Origin: the human T2T-CHM13v2.0 reference genome, Homo sapiens
Direction: 5' to 3' (one strand)
NCBI RefSeq assembly: GCF_009914755.1
Contig: NC_060936.1
DNA: 64,000 nucleotides
Of the stretch, positions 39,288 to 52,646 are shown one piece after another. How positions within the stretch are numbered: the first letter of the stretch is position 1; each line of letters opens with the position of its first letter. The translations under genes were made by a program, and so were the position numbers. The notes beneath the pieces were generated by a model. It saw only the letters and a program-made list of their open reading frames with translations. It was not told the origin of the DNA and made no database searches.

Positions 39288-40749
39288 CTTATAAATTTTA
39301 TTTCTAATGCAGATATAAAGAGCAAGACCATTGTCTTTTCTACAACTCTGCACAAGTTCTTAGCCCAGACTTAATCTCCTATACTGATGTTTGATAAAAT
39401 TACATTGATAAAATGCCATTGTCTGGAGAATATTGGGAGTTACACACAAGAAATCATTCATTAACTCAGGGTATCCCTAAATCAAATTAATCTTTCAGCT
39501 GAGCTGGAAAGTAAGTCCCAAAGATGATTTGGATAAATTTTTGGGATAGTGCTATTCTGTGGTTCCCATTAGTATTCACCATCACTATGAGAAGGTCTGT
39601 AATTTAACAATCATGATGACATAGTATATATAACCCTATTTACATGTGAAAAGTAAACAAAGTCTAGGTAGCATTATTTTCATTATTGAACAAATTAAAC
39701 CAAAGATACTTTAAACTCACAAAGTTGTTATGCTTTGGAATAGTAACACATGACTTTTAACCTAAGCAGGACATTTAGAAAAATTATTCAGTTAGATTAT
39801 AATTTTTAAAATAAAATTTTAACACTTTCTTTCCTTCTCATTACTGCTTATGGCATCCTAACAACTTGATTAAAACTCATCATAGTAACTTTTGCTCATA
39901 TTAAAAGGAAAACTATCTAACTCTCCCTCCTCTAAAGCTGAGGTTTTCAGCTATACAGTAAAATTTTGGTTCAAGCTAAATATTTGCCGATGATTCACAG
40001 CTGAAAACCATTATCTAGTGTAATAGTAATCATTCAGCACATTGTTATTTTAATAAAAAGTACTATATTAATCAAATTATCAGCCAAAATAATTCTGCCT
40101 GATTTCCTTTAGGTAAATAATTGCTTGGCCTTGGGGTAATGCTTTTAGTTGGTCCCTGAATCCTGCCCTCATTTGAGCATTTTCTACAGGGAAATAAAGG
40201 GAGAGAAAAACTCTAATTAATAGGCTATATATTATGACTTACTTACCTTAATGTAGGTATGGTGGTAGAAATTCAGGAGCAAGTATAGTGAAGGGAAGGT
40301 TGTGCTATGCAAAAGGACTTTAAGTTCTGACCTTCTAAAACCTTTGGGAACACTGAAGAAAAGAGAGTATTTATGATTCAGTGAGAAAGTAGAAGAAACC
40401 ACTACTGGGCTCAGGAAAGACAAATGGAAAATCAGGAATGGAAACTATTGGTAAGACAAATATTTGAGATATCGAGTCTGTGGAATACAGAATTGCAAGG
40501 TAGAAGAATTAAATGATGGACTAATTGTATATTACCTCTCCAACTTCGTTTTATATATTCACTCTTTTGGTCTTTAAATATCGATAGCACTTTGATCCTA
40601 CATGCCTGATTCTCCATGGCTCCTTTAAACTACCGTATGTACACTTGAAGCTTACTGCACAAAGAGGAATTTCCTTCCTCTCCTCTTTATGCAGTGAGCT
40701 TCAAGGTGAGAACTTCCAGCTGCTTAGTTCTGGACTGCTCTTACATTGT

Positions 40750-41125
40750 AAATCTGATAATGTCGCACGTTTATTTAAGTGACCTCAATAGATTTCCATT
40801 GAATTTATGATAAAAACAAAAATTAAGAAGGTTACCTACAAGGCTCTGAACTATCTAGCCCTGTTCTATCTCCCCAACTTTATCACTCCCCATCTCTATC
40901 ACCTGTTTCTCCTTCATTTTCTGTGCTTTTGCCTCGCTGGGTTCATTGTCTTCAATAGCTACTTCGATGACTTTGTACATGTTCTTCTCTTCATTTTAGC
41001 TTATCTCATGTCTCCTTCAGATCTCTGCTCAAATTATATCTCTCCTTTTCATAGCACTTATCAGAATTGTGATTGCATATTTGTGACTTATTCATTTAAT
41101 ATTAGCTGGAACCAGTGCTGAATCT
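40750..41125 (+). mobile_element. L2 fragment
   Basis: 'aaatctgataatgtc...cctacaaggctctgaactatctagccc...tcagatctctgctcaaat...catagcacttatca'. Confidence 0.65.
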
Positions 41126-42001
41126 ATTTCTAAAAATCATAAAAGCCCAGGCATGTCTGGTAAACAATGAAGACAAGTCCAGTAAAAACATATTTGCAAG
41201 CAGTAGAGAGTATCTTTGGAGAAAACTCATTTAGATAATAGATTCCCAGTGGAGTTTGGGTGGCAACCCTTCTCCAAAGAGGCATGTCTGAGTTACATGG
41301 AGTGGAGCTACCCCCTACGGTTGCGTATTCTAATGCATCTTCCTCCGGAGATGTGTTCCAGTGGATGTAGACACTATTCTAGGTGTGTTATTGTCTGCCA
41401 GTGATGGAAGGATGGTTTATGCCTCAGTGTGGGAAGGGAAAAAATCATATCTGTTCCCTTCTCCAGTCTCAGCTTCCTATTACACTAAAGAAAATAGAAA
41501 ACAATCAGGAAATAACTTCTATCATGCCCATCATTATAACTCTGTATTTATATTCCTATACTCTGCAGTCCCTGCTGTTCTTATCTAAGACTAACCCTCC
41601 TATTTGGTCACTTGATTTTATCCCTTTTTACTTAAGAACATTTCTTCATTAATTTCCCCCTCTTAATTTCAGTGTATTATTTTCCAGTATACTGGGTCAA
41701 CCCCACAGACATAAAAACACATTGTAATATCTACCATATTAAAAACAAAACAACTTTCTTGACCCGATATTTATCTCCATATGCTCTATAATTCTCTGCT
41801 CACCTGTACCACAAAATTCTTCAAAAAGGTTGGCTATACTCTTTTCTCAAATTTCTCTCCTCCCATTTTCTCTCGAATCTTCTCCAAAGAGTCTTTCACC
41901 AATGCTACTCCACTAAAACAGGTCTTATCAATGTCACCAAAGGCTTTCAATAATGCTAAATCCATTCAATTAGCAGATCTCATCTTATTAAGACCATCAC
42001 C

Positions 42002-42317
<316 letters not shown>

Positions 42318-42708
42318 TTAACCCCTTCTTCTCAAAACATGTTTTTCACATAGCTTCCATAGCACTATTTAGGGTTTCATTCTCTCCACATTGACTAATC
42401 CTGAGTCAGTTATTGGTTTCTTCTCCTTACCCTAATCTGTCAGTGCTGCAGTTCCACAGAACTTGGTCATTCCAGTTCTCCAGCTAGCCTACACTGGAGG
42501 GATCTCATCTAATCTCACAGCTTTAAACACTATCTAAAATACAACAAAGATTTCCAAATCTCTACTCGGGAACAGTTATGTATTAACCTACTTTTTGACA
42601 TCTCCACCTTTTCTTTTTTGGACAGTTCAAACTTAAAAATCAAACTACTTAAATTCTTATTTCTCCAAACTATTTCCACCACAGCAGCCCAGGAACCATA
42701 GAGATTGA

Positions 42709-43002
<294 letters not shown>

Positions 43003-43168
43003 TAAAATATGTCAGATTGTGCCATTCCTCTGCTCAAAACTCTCCAACTGCTTTCCTGTTTCACCTAGAGTAAAATTTAAAATACCTACAATGACTTACA
43101 GATATTCATATCAATCATCTGCTCCCTTTTCCTTTTCTGGTTTTGTTGCCTATCACTGCGTGTGTGTG

Positions 43169-43483
43169 TTTTTTTGTTTGTTTGTTTGTTTGTTTGTTTT
43201 TTGAGACGGAGTCTCGCCCTGTCACCCAGGCTGGAGGGCAGTGGCGCCATCTCAGCTCACCACAAGCTCCGCCTCCCAGGTTCATGCCATTCTCCTGCCT
43301 CAGCCTCCTGAGCAGCTGGGACCACAGGCACCCACCACCTCGCCCAGCTAATTTTTTGTATTTTTAGTAGACACGAGGTTTCACCATGTTAGCCAGGATG
43401 GCCTTGATCTCCTGACCTCGTGATCCGCCCGCCTCGGCCTCCCAAAATGCTGGGATTACAGGGGTGAGCCACCGTGCCCGCCC
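43169..43483 (-). mobile_element. AluY-like with (TTTG)n tail
   Basis: 'caagctccgcctcccaggttcatgccattc', 'agccaggatgg...tgacctcgtgatccgccc'; TSD tatcactg... Confidence 0.96.
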
Positions 43484-43544
43484 TATCACTGTGTTTTAAC
43501 TGTTTTTTTCAATTCTGTCTTGTCTATTTTGTGGTCATTCATCA

Positions 43545-44022
43545 CAAGGCCAAATTAACACTCAAATTTATTTATATCTTTCCTGTGATCCAGCTTTCAC
43601 AGCGCATGAAAATCACATCACCAACCCTATAACCAATCCCAAGTCTGTACCCCCAACCACCTCCTTATCTGTCACACATTGAGCCAGTATTTCTTCCGCA
43701 CTAAACCAACCCAGAGTCAGATACCACACAACTAAGGACAGCTCTATGCCCGAAATCCCACTACAACTATTCAAACTAGTGGGTCCTAAGCTTTTTACCC
43801 CACCCTGCCTTGCCTTTATCATGGAAATCCCAATAAAACTCTGGCCAGTGCCTTCCGCTTGTTCCTGCTTTGCCTCCTGAATAAACCTGGTGCTTCCCTT
43901 TGTGGCCCTGTCTGGCAAGTTATGCTCCCTTCTCTCTGGAACTGTAATTTTTTTTTCTTTTTTTAAATATTAGCCTTTCTGTTTTGTCACTTGGTAACCT
44001 AGAAAAATTAAGATCTAAACAC
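43545..44022 (+). mobile_element. ERVL solo LTR, MER74/MER73-like
   Basis: 'ctaaaccaacccagagtcagataccacacaactaaggacagc', 'tattcaaactag', 'ccaataaa'. Confidence 0.7.
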
Positions 44023-44232
44023 AAATATCCCTGTTCCTCTCTTTCCTGTCCAGCCTCACTGGTTGATCTCTTTACTGTTTCTCAAATGACCCAAGCATGT
44101 TCTCTCAGAACATTTGCCTAGCTTTTTTCTTTGCCTGGAATTCTTTTCCTACGGTTATTTGCGTGCTTCAAGCCTTTGTTTTCTTCAGGACTTGCTCAAA
44201 TGCCATCTGATCAAGGTATTCACTGACTACCA

Positions 44233-44553
44233 TTTTTATGTATTTATGTATTTAATATTTATTTATTAAACAGGACTCGCTCTATTACCCAGGCTGGAGT
44301 GCAGTGGTGCCATCATAGCTCACTGCAGCCTCAACTCCTGGTCTCAAGCAATCTTCCTGCCTCAGCTTCTTGACTAAATGGAACTACAAGCACATGCCAC
44401 CACAGCTAGCTTTTTTTTTTTTTTTTTTTTTTTTTGTAGAGATGATATCTCATGATGTGGCCCAGGCTGGTCTTGGACTCCTGGTCTCAAGCAATCCTCT
44501 CGCCTCCACCTCCTAAAGTGTTGGGGTTACAGGCATGAGCCACTGCATGGGCC
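44233..44553 (-). mobile_element. AluJ
   Basis: 'atcatagctcactgcagcctcaactcctggtctcaagcaatc'; long central T run. Confidence 0.95.
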
Positions 44554-44653
44554 AGTTTAATAATAGCACTTTCCCTTCACCTCCCCTCAGCCTGTGTTAA
44601 CACTCTGGTCTCCTTAGTTTGCTTTGTTTTCCCATAGAATTTACTACCACCTG

Positions 44654-44981
<328 letters not shown>

Positions 44982-46339
44982 CTATTTGCGTTTCTAGAAA
45001 AACAACTAAGACATAAGCTCTACAAGGATAAAATAATAATTCACAATATATCTCCAGGGCCTAGGATAGTATTTGAAATAAAATCAGCATCTAAGAAACA
45101 TTTATTGATCGAGCGAATGAATGAAGGAATGAATTAATTTGACTACTGCCAGGTTGGTCCAGGGGCAATGCACAAGGTGATCAGAAATTAAAGGTTAATA
45201 TTTGTTACTGTTGTAACAATCCTGCCTTGCCCCTGCCCCACTGCCCATAGAGACACATGCTTCAATCTGATTTGGGAGGGATTTGAATATATCTAAATGT
45301 GAAAGAAAGAATCCCATTTACATATAAAAGTATATGATTCCTATGATTCCTCTTATAAAGGAATAATTAATAGCAAAAAAGAATAATACAAAAGAGAGAC
45401 AGTCACTCTGGGACTACCCTGCACTGCCTGATAGAGTGGCAACAGTGTCCAGTAGGACCCCATGGGACCCAGATGACATGGAGACAATACCAGTTAACAA
45501 GCATTCTAATTGTGTACAGAAATATTACGTATGGTGAAAACAAAAGCCTGACTGAAGTTCTGAGACTACATGATCTATTAAGGGCTTCACTTTTCTGTCA
45601 TCAAGTGTGCCTGCCTCTCTGTCATATGGAGACACATAAACTATGCTGATCTTTTCTTTCAAATATTTATACATTGATTTATATATAGTTGTACTTGTAT
45701 TCTTTATAGATGTTAGCAAATTTTGTCAATGTTTCACTCAGATATAAAATTTAATATTTAATTATTCTCCTCCTTTCTCATGTAAGAAATCTTTTCTGGT
45801 CTTGATAACTTATACTGGCCTCAAAAGATATATATTTTTATAGGATATCTCTAACCACATATTTTACATATGAACACTGAGTGTTTCTGTGGATGAATAT
45901 GCAGATAGGCTTTTTGATGGTTGTGGTCTTCCACTGTTTCTCAGCTGGTCACTAAAACCTAAAACAAAGGCAAGTAAGTGCCACTATCCCCTTTGTTTAT
46001 ATGGTGTTTGCAGTCTACACTTCACCTTTAAAAAAATTAAATACTTATGTTTGCCAGGCATCACTTGCCACCACTTTATGGCAGGAAGCAAAACAAAACA
46101 AAACAAAAAACAGTATACATCTATGTTATTATTCAATTGATATAATTTTTGGCATTTTAAAATTACATTATTTAGAAATCTAAATTGAAATTTAAACACA
46201 AAAAATTGATTAGCTGAAAAGAGGAAACAGCAAATTGATGTAACAAGCAGTATCAGCCATTATGGAGCCATGGCTTAGCTATTCATTTCCTCAACTCTCT
46301 TGTATGTCTGTATGCCCCTACTTTTGTTTCCTAATTTAG

Positions 46340-47330
46340 AGGTTGGCTGGTTCTCTCTGTGAACATCTCCACTGTCTTTCCCTTTCCATGTATCTTTAAT
46401 ACAGCTCCTAGAAAAATCATTCTACGTCACTGTAGTAAACATGCATGTCTCTGCTAAAAATTCTTTGATAACGCGCCATTGTCAATCAAATAAAGCCCCA
46501 TTTCCTAGCATGAAATTCAAAGCTTTCCTGACTTCACCCCACTGAGCTTTTATCTCTTGGTACTATTATCCCTCTGTGTTACTTTGTCCTCAAACCAGGT
46601 TATTCATTTTTCTCTCTCGATGACCTAAACTTTTTTCAAAAATCTCTGTGCTATGTCCCTGCTGTTTTCTCTGCCTAGAATGTCTGAGTCCTATTCTTCC
46701 TTTAAAATTGCTACCTCTTTCATGAAGTCTTTCTAACTACCTGGGGTTGGAATTAATTTTCTATAACATTTTAACAACACTTACAACATTTATCATTTTA
46801 TCCCCATTGTTTATTTCCATTGTGTTGAAAGATAAATTTAGATACCATAAAGTTGTAAAGAGTAGATCTGAGCAGACATCGATTTGTAAATGGGGCAGCC
46901 TAAAGACTACAGGCAGTTTGGGGCTCTAGCAAGGAGGCAGGGTACGGAAGGAGTTGGAAGATTTTTATAAGAGGAACACTGAAGCAAGGAAAAGAAAATA
47001 TTTGATTAATGAAAGTGTTGCAAGTAGCCTTATTTAGATCATTCCAGTGGAAAGTCCCTAGTTCGAAGTTAGTTGGTTATTCCCGATTGTTAAGGTTAAG
47101 TTTTGTTGTGCCTTTTATACTGAGTTGTATTTCTGTTTGCTTACTAGGAACCCAGGGCACTGGGGCTGCCTCAGCCTAATTGCCTCTCAACTAATATTTT
47201 TAACAACTGTTTATCACATTTCTTGTTAACGAACATGCTTAACCAATGATTTATTCTAATTCATAGCTATCCCTTCTGCAGTACAAGTTTAGACCCTCGA
47301 ATGAGCAAAACCCTTAAATATTTATCAAAC
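46340..47330 (+). mobile_element. L2 fragment split by a MER93-like LTR
   Basis: 'cctagcatgaaattcaaagctttcc', 'tgctgttttctctgcctagaatg'. Confidence 0.55.
46823..47205 (-). mobile_element. ERV1 solo LTR, MER93-like
   Basis: TG...CA termini; 4-bp TSD attg/actg; minus strand 'ttaggctgaggcagccccagtgccctgggttccta', 'ctagggactttccactggaatgatc'. Confidence 0.78.
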
Positions 47331-48304
47331 CAGTGTTGATATAGTTATATTTAATATGATGAAGTTAAATAATCTTTCCTCTGTTCATGGCATCCATATA
47401 TTTGATTTTTTTTTTTTTTTTAACTTCTTTCCTGTCTTTGAAACAGCCTGGCGAGGCATTAGTGCATACATCTCAGTGACAGGCCTTCTGTCAACATTTT
47501 CTCACAGAGATCTAATTTTGAATTTTTAATTTCTCAGTTTAGTGCAGCATTGAGTAAAGCTAAATTTTCATGTACAAATAACAAGAATCTTATTTATAAA
47601 TTAGAATTATGAATTGGAATTAGAGTAATTTTAGAAAATTAGAATTTTATTTATAAATCAATACAAATCAAAATAACACCCACAGATGGTGGTCTCTTTG
47701 TTATGTTTCTTACTTTTGGTCTGAGTTTCCTCCTCCATGATATGATGTGGATGCTTCCTGCAGTCATTTCCAGCCTGTGCCTTCTAATATTTTTTTGCCT
47801 ATTTTAATATCATCTGTGAAGACTCAGTCTAATTTTGCCACTTTTATTCTTATATTTTAAAGTGAGTATTAAAATTGAGTAAGCAATCTGTGATAGTAAC
47901 ACTGTATCCATGAAAGAAATAATCATGTTATTAACCATAAACTCTTTTTCTCTGGAAAACAACAACAGATGGACTCTCAGGTAGGAGCACTGCTCCACAT
48001 CCATTCTGGATGCACAAGCCACGTTGCCAGCATCACTTCTCATCTGCCTTGAGAACTGAATGAAATTATGGATGTAAAACTTCTTAGTAAGGTCTAAAGC
48101 TCTAGTCACATCCAGAGATTAGTTATTAATAGTTTTGTCACTGGATTGACAGTGTGATTATAAGGCCATGACATTTTTGTTTTAAACAAATTTACTAGCA
48201 ATTAAACATCTGAATGCATTTTTGCTTCTTCAAATAATATTTGGGAAGTTATCCACTAAGTCCAGTGATTCTGATTTGCTCTAAAATGGTTTCAAATCCA
48301 TTTG

Positions 48305-48600
48305 AAAATAGAGAAAGAAAAAAATAGAATGAATAAGACCTACTATTTGATAGCATAATAGATGACTATAGTCAATAATAACTTAATTATATATTTTAAC
48401 ATAAAGAGTATAATTGTATTGTTTGTAACTCAATGGATAAATGCATGAGGAGATGGATACCTCCTTCTCCACAATGTGCTTATTTTACATTGCATTGCCT
48501 ATATAAAAACAGCTTAGTTACCCCATAAATGTATCCACCTACTCTGCACCCACACAAATTAAAAATACAAATAAAAATATTTTTTTCAAAAAGAAAAAAA
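48305..48600 (+). mobile_element. L1MA1/L1MA2-like 3'UTR
   Basis: 'gaatgaataagacctactatttgatagca...gactatagtcaataataacttaatt...ccccataaat...cacccacacaaattaaaaa'. Confidence 0.88.
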
Positions 48601-48789
48601 CATTGATAAAGGGTTCACTAAATATACTGTGATTTTAATGAAAACTAGTTGTCAATATGGTATACTAGCACACATAAAACCTACATAGTGCTAAATATAT
48701 AATTTGGGACAATTGGACATTTAATAAAGAATAGAGTGGATGGGAAGACTTAGTTTAACTTCACAAAAAAGGGAATGTCTGGCATTTTT

Positions 48790-49710
<921 letters not shown>

Positions 49711-50285
49711 AGAATAAGGCAAACATGTAAACAGAAATAAGAGACTATTTCTAGTCCTCACAATAACTTAGCTTATCAACATAGCCCAGCTACTATCTTG
49801 CCCTTAGGTTACGTGAGGTATCCTCAAACTGCTCTTTCTTTAAATTAAACTTGCACCAAGATTGTCTTTGCAACCAAAATCTCTAATTAATACATATAGC
49901 CAACCAAACAGAATGCCAATGAGCTTTTTTAGAAGAAATATTAAAGAACTGAAAATGTTTTAATCTACTTAAAAAATATCTTGTAAAAGACATGCTTTAT
50001 TTAGGCATCACTGCTTCCATTCAAGTGTCCATGATAGTCTTAGACTAAGTTTTCTGTGCTATATGCTGGACATATGTATAATCTAAAATAAATAAAACAG
50101 ACTATTGGAGAAGTGTCACTAAGAAAAGAAAATTAGCAAGAAACACTAAAATTATGTCAGTGATTCTCAACCAAGGGTGATTTTGCCCCAGAAGGGACAT
50201 TTGGCAATGTCTATAGATACTTTTGATTATCACAATTTGAAGGATATGGGGTAAGAAGAGGAGGTGTTTTTGGCATCTGGTAGAT

Positions 50286-52646
50286 TATATTACTTCGTTT
50301 TCATGCTGCTGATAAAGATATATCCAAGACTGCGTAATTTATAAAGAAAAAGAGGTTTAATAGACTCACAGTTCCACATGGCTGGGGAGGCCTCACAATC
50401 ATGGTGGAAGGTGAAAGTCACATCTTATATGGTGGCAAGGAAGAGAAAATGAGAGCCAAGTGAAAGGGGTTTCCCCTTATAAAACCATCAGATCTCATGA
50501 GACTTATTCACTATCAGGAGAACAGTATGGAGGAAACCACCCCCATAATTCAATTATCTCCCACCAGGTCCCTCCCACAACACGTGGGAATTATGGGAGC
50601 TACAATTCAAGATGGTATTTGGATGGGGACAGAGCCAAACCATATCATTGTGCTCCGGCCCCTCCCAAATCCCAAATCCCAAAACCCAAAATGAGAACAT
50701 TTTGAAATGTCCTCACACTTCAAAACCAAGCATGCCTTCCCAACAGTTCCCTAAAGTCTTAACTCATTTCAGCATTAACTCAAAAGTCCACAGTCCAAAG
50801 TCTCATTTAAGACAAGGCAAGCCCCTTCCACCTAGGAGCCTGTAAAATCAAAAGCAAGTTAGTTACTTCCTAGATACAATGGGGGTGCAGGTATTGGATA
50901 AATAACCCCATTCCAAATGGGAAAAATTGGCCAAAACCAATGGGCTAAAGGCACCATGCAAGTCCAAAATCCAGTGGGACAGTCAAATCTTAAAACTCCA
51001 AAATGATCTCATTTGACCCCATGTCTCACCTCCAGGTCACATTGATGTAGGAGGCAGGTTTCCATAATGGTGTGCAGCTCTTCCTCTGTGGCTTTGCAGG
51101 GTATAGCCCCTTTCCTGGCTGCTTTCATGGGCTGGTGTTGAATGTCTGTGGCTTTTCCAGATGCATGGTGTAAGCTATTGGTGGATCTACCATTCTGGGG
51201 TCTCAAGCACGGTGACCCTCTTCTCACAGCTCCACTAGGCAGTGCCCCAATAGGGACTTTGTGTGGGGACTTCAACCCCACATTTCCCTTTAGCACTGCC
51301 CTAACAGAGGTTCTGTTAAGGCAGGTTCTAATTGAGGTTCTAACAGGGCACAACCCCTGCAGATATCTTCTGCCTTTGAGGCATTTCCATACATCACCTT
51401 AAATCTAGCTGGAGATTCCCAAACCTCAGTTCTTGACTTCTATGCACCCACCGGCTCAACATCATGTGGAAGCTGCCAAGGCTTGGGGCTTGCACCCTCT
51501 GAAGCCACAGGCTGAGCTGTATCTTGGTCACTTTTAGCCATGGCTAGAGCAGCTGGGATGCAGGGCACCAAGTCCCTAGGCTACACACAGCAAGGGGGCC
51601 CTGCACCCAGCCCACAAAACCATTTTTTCCTCCTAGGCCTCCAGGCCTGTGATGGGAGGGGCTGCCATAAAGGTCTCTGACACGCCCTGGAGACATTTTC
51701 CCCATTGTCTTGGTGATTAACATTTGGTTCCTCATTACTTATGCAAATTTCTACAGCCAGCTTGAATTTCTCCTCAGAAAAATTAAGAAATGGGTTTTTC
51801 TTTTCTATCATGTAGTCCAGGTGTAAATTTTCCAAACTTGTATGCTCTGTTCCCCTATTAAAACTGAATACTTTCAACAGCACCCAAGTCACCTTTTGAA
51901 GGCTTTGCTGCTTAGAGATTTCTTTTACCAGAAACCCTAAATCATCTCCCTTAAGTTCAAAGTTCCACAAATCTCTAGGACAGGGGCAAAATGCTTCCAG
52001 TTTCTTTGCTAAAACATAGCAAGAGTCACCTTTACTCCACTTCCCAATAAGTTTTTTATCTCCATCTGAGACTACCTCAGCCTGGATTTCATTGTCCATA
52101 TCATTATCAACATTTTGGTCAAAGCCATTCAACAAGTCTCTAGGAAGTTCCAAACTTTCCCACATTTTCCTGTCTTTTTCTGACCCCTCCAAACTGTTCC
52201 AACCTCTGCCTGTTACTTAGTTTCAAAGTTGCTTCCACGTTTTTGGGTATCTTCACAGCATCACTCCACTCTACCAGTACCAATTTATTGTATTAGTCCA
52301 TTTTCATGCTGCTGATAGAGACATACCTGAGGCTGGGTAATTTATAAAGAAAAAGAGGTTTAATGGACTCACAGTTCCACGTGGCTTGGGGGGGCCTCAC
52401 AGTCATGGCAGAAGGCAAAAGGCACATCTTACATGGCGGCATGGAAGAGAGAATGAGAGCCAAGTGAAAGGGGTTTCTTCTTATAAAACCATCAGATTTC
52501 ATGAGACTTATTCACTACCACAAGAACCATATCAGGGAAACCATCCCCTTGATTCAATTATCTCCCACTGGATTCCTCCCACAGTATGGGGGGAGTTATG
52601 AAAGCTATAATTCAAGATGAGATTTGGGTGGGGACACAGCCAAACC
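50286..52646 (-). mobile_element. Two-LTR THE1B-like MaLR provirus (5' LTR 52289-52646, internal 50648-52288, 3' LTR 50286-50647)
   Basis: Two direct ~360-bp LTRs ('ttttcatgctgctgata...gagagccaagtgaaaggggttt...agccaaacc') flanking 1.64 kb of THE1-int. Confidence 0.95.
51581..52192 (-). pseudogene. THE1/MaLR internal ORF remnant (203 codons; first ATG at 52165 gives 194 aa)
   Basis: Characteristic MaLR peptide 'MWESLELPRDLLNGFDQN...WSKGDSCYVLAK...FCPCPRDLWNFEL'. Confidence 0.85.
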
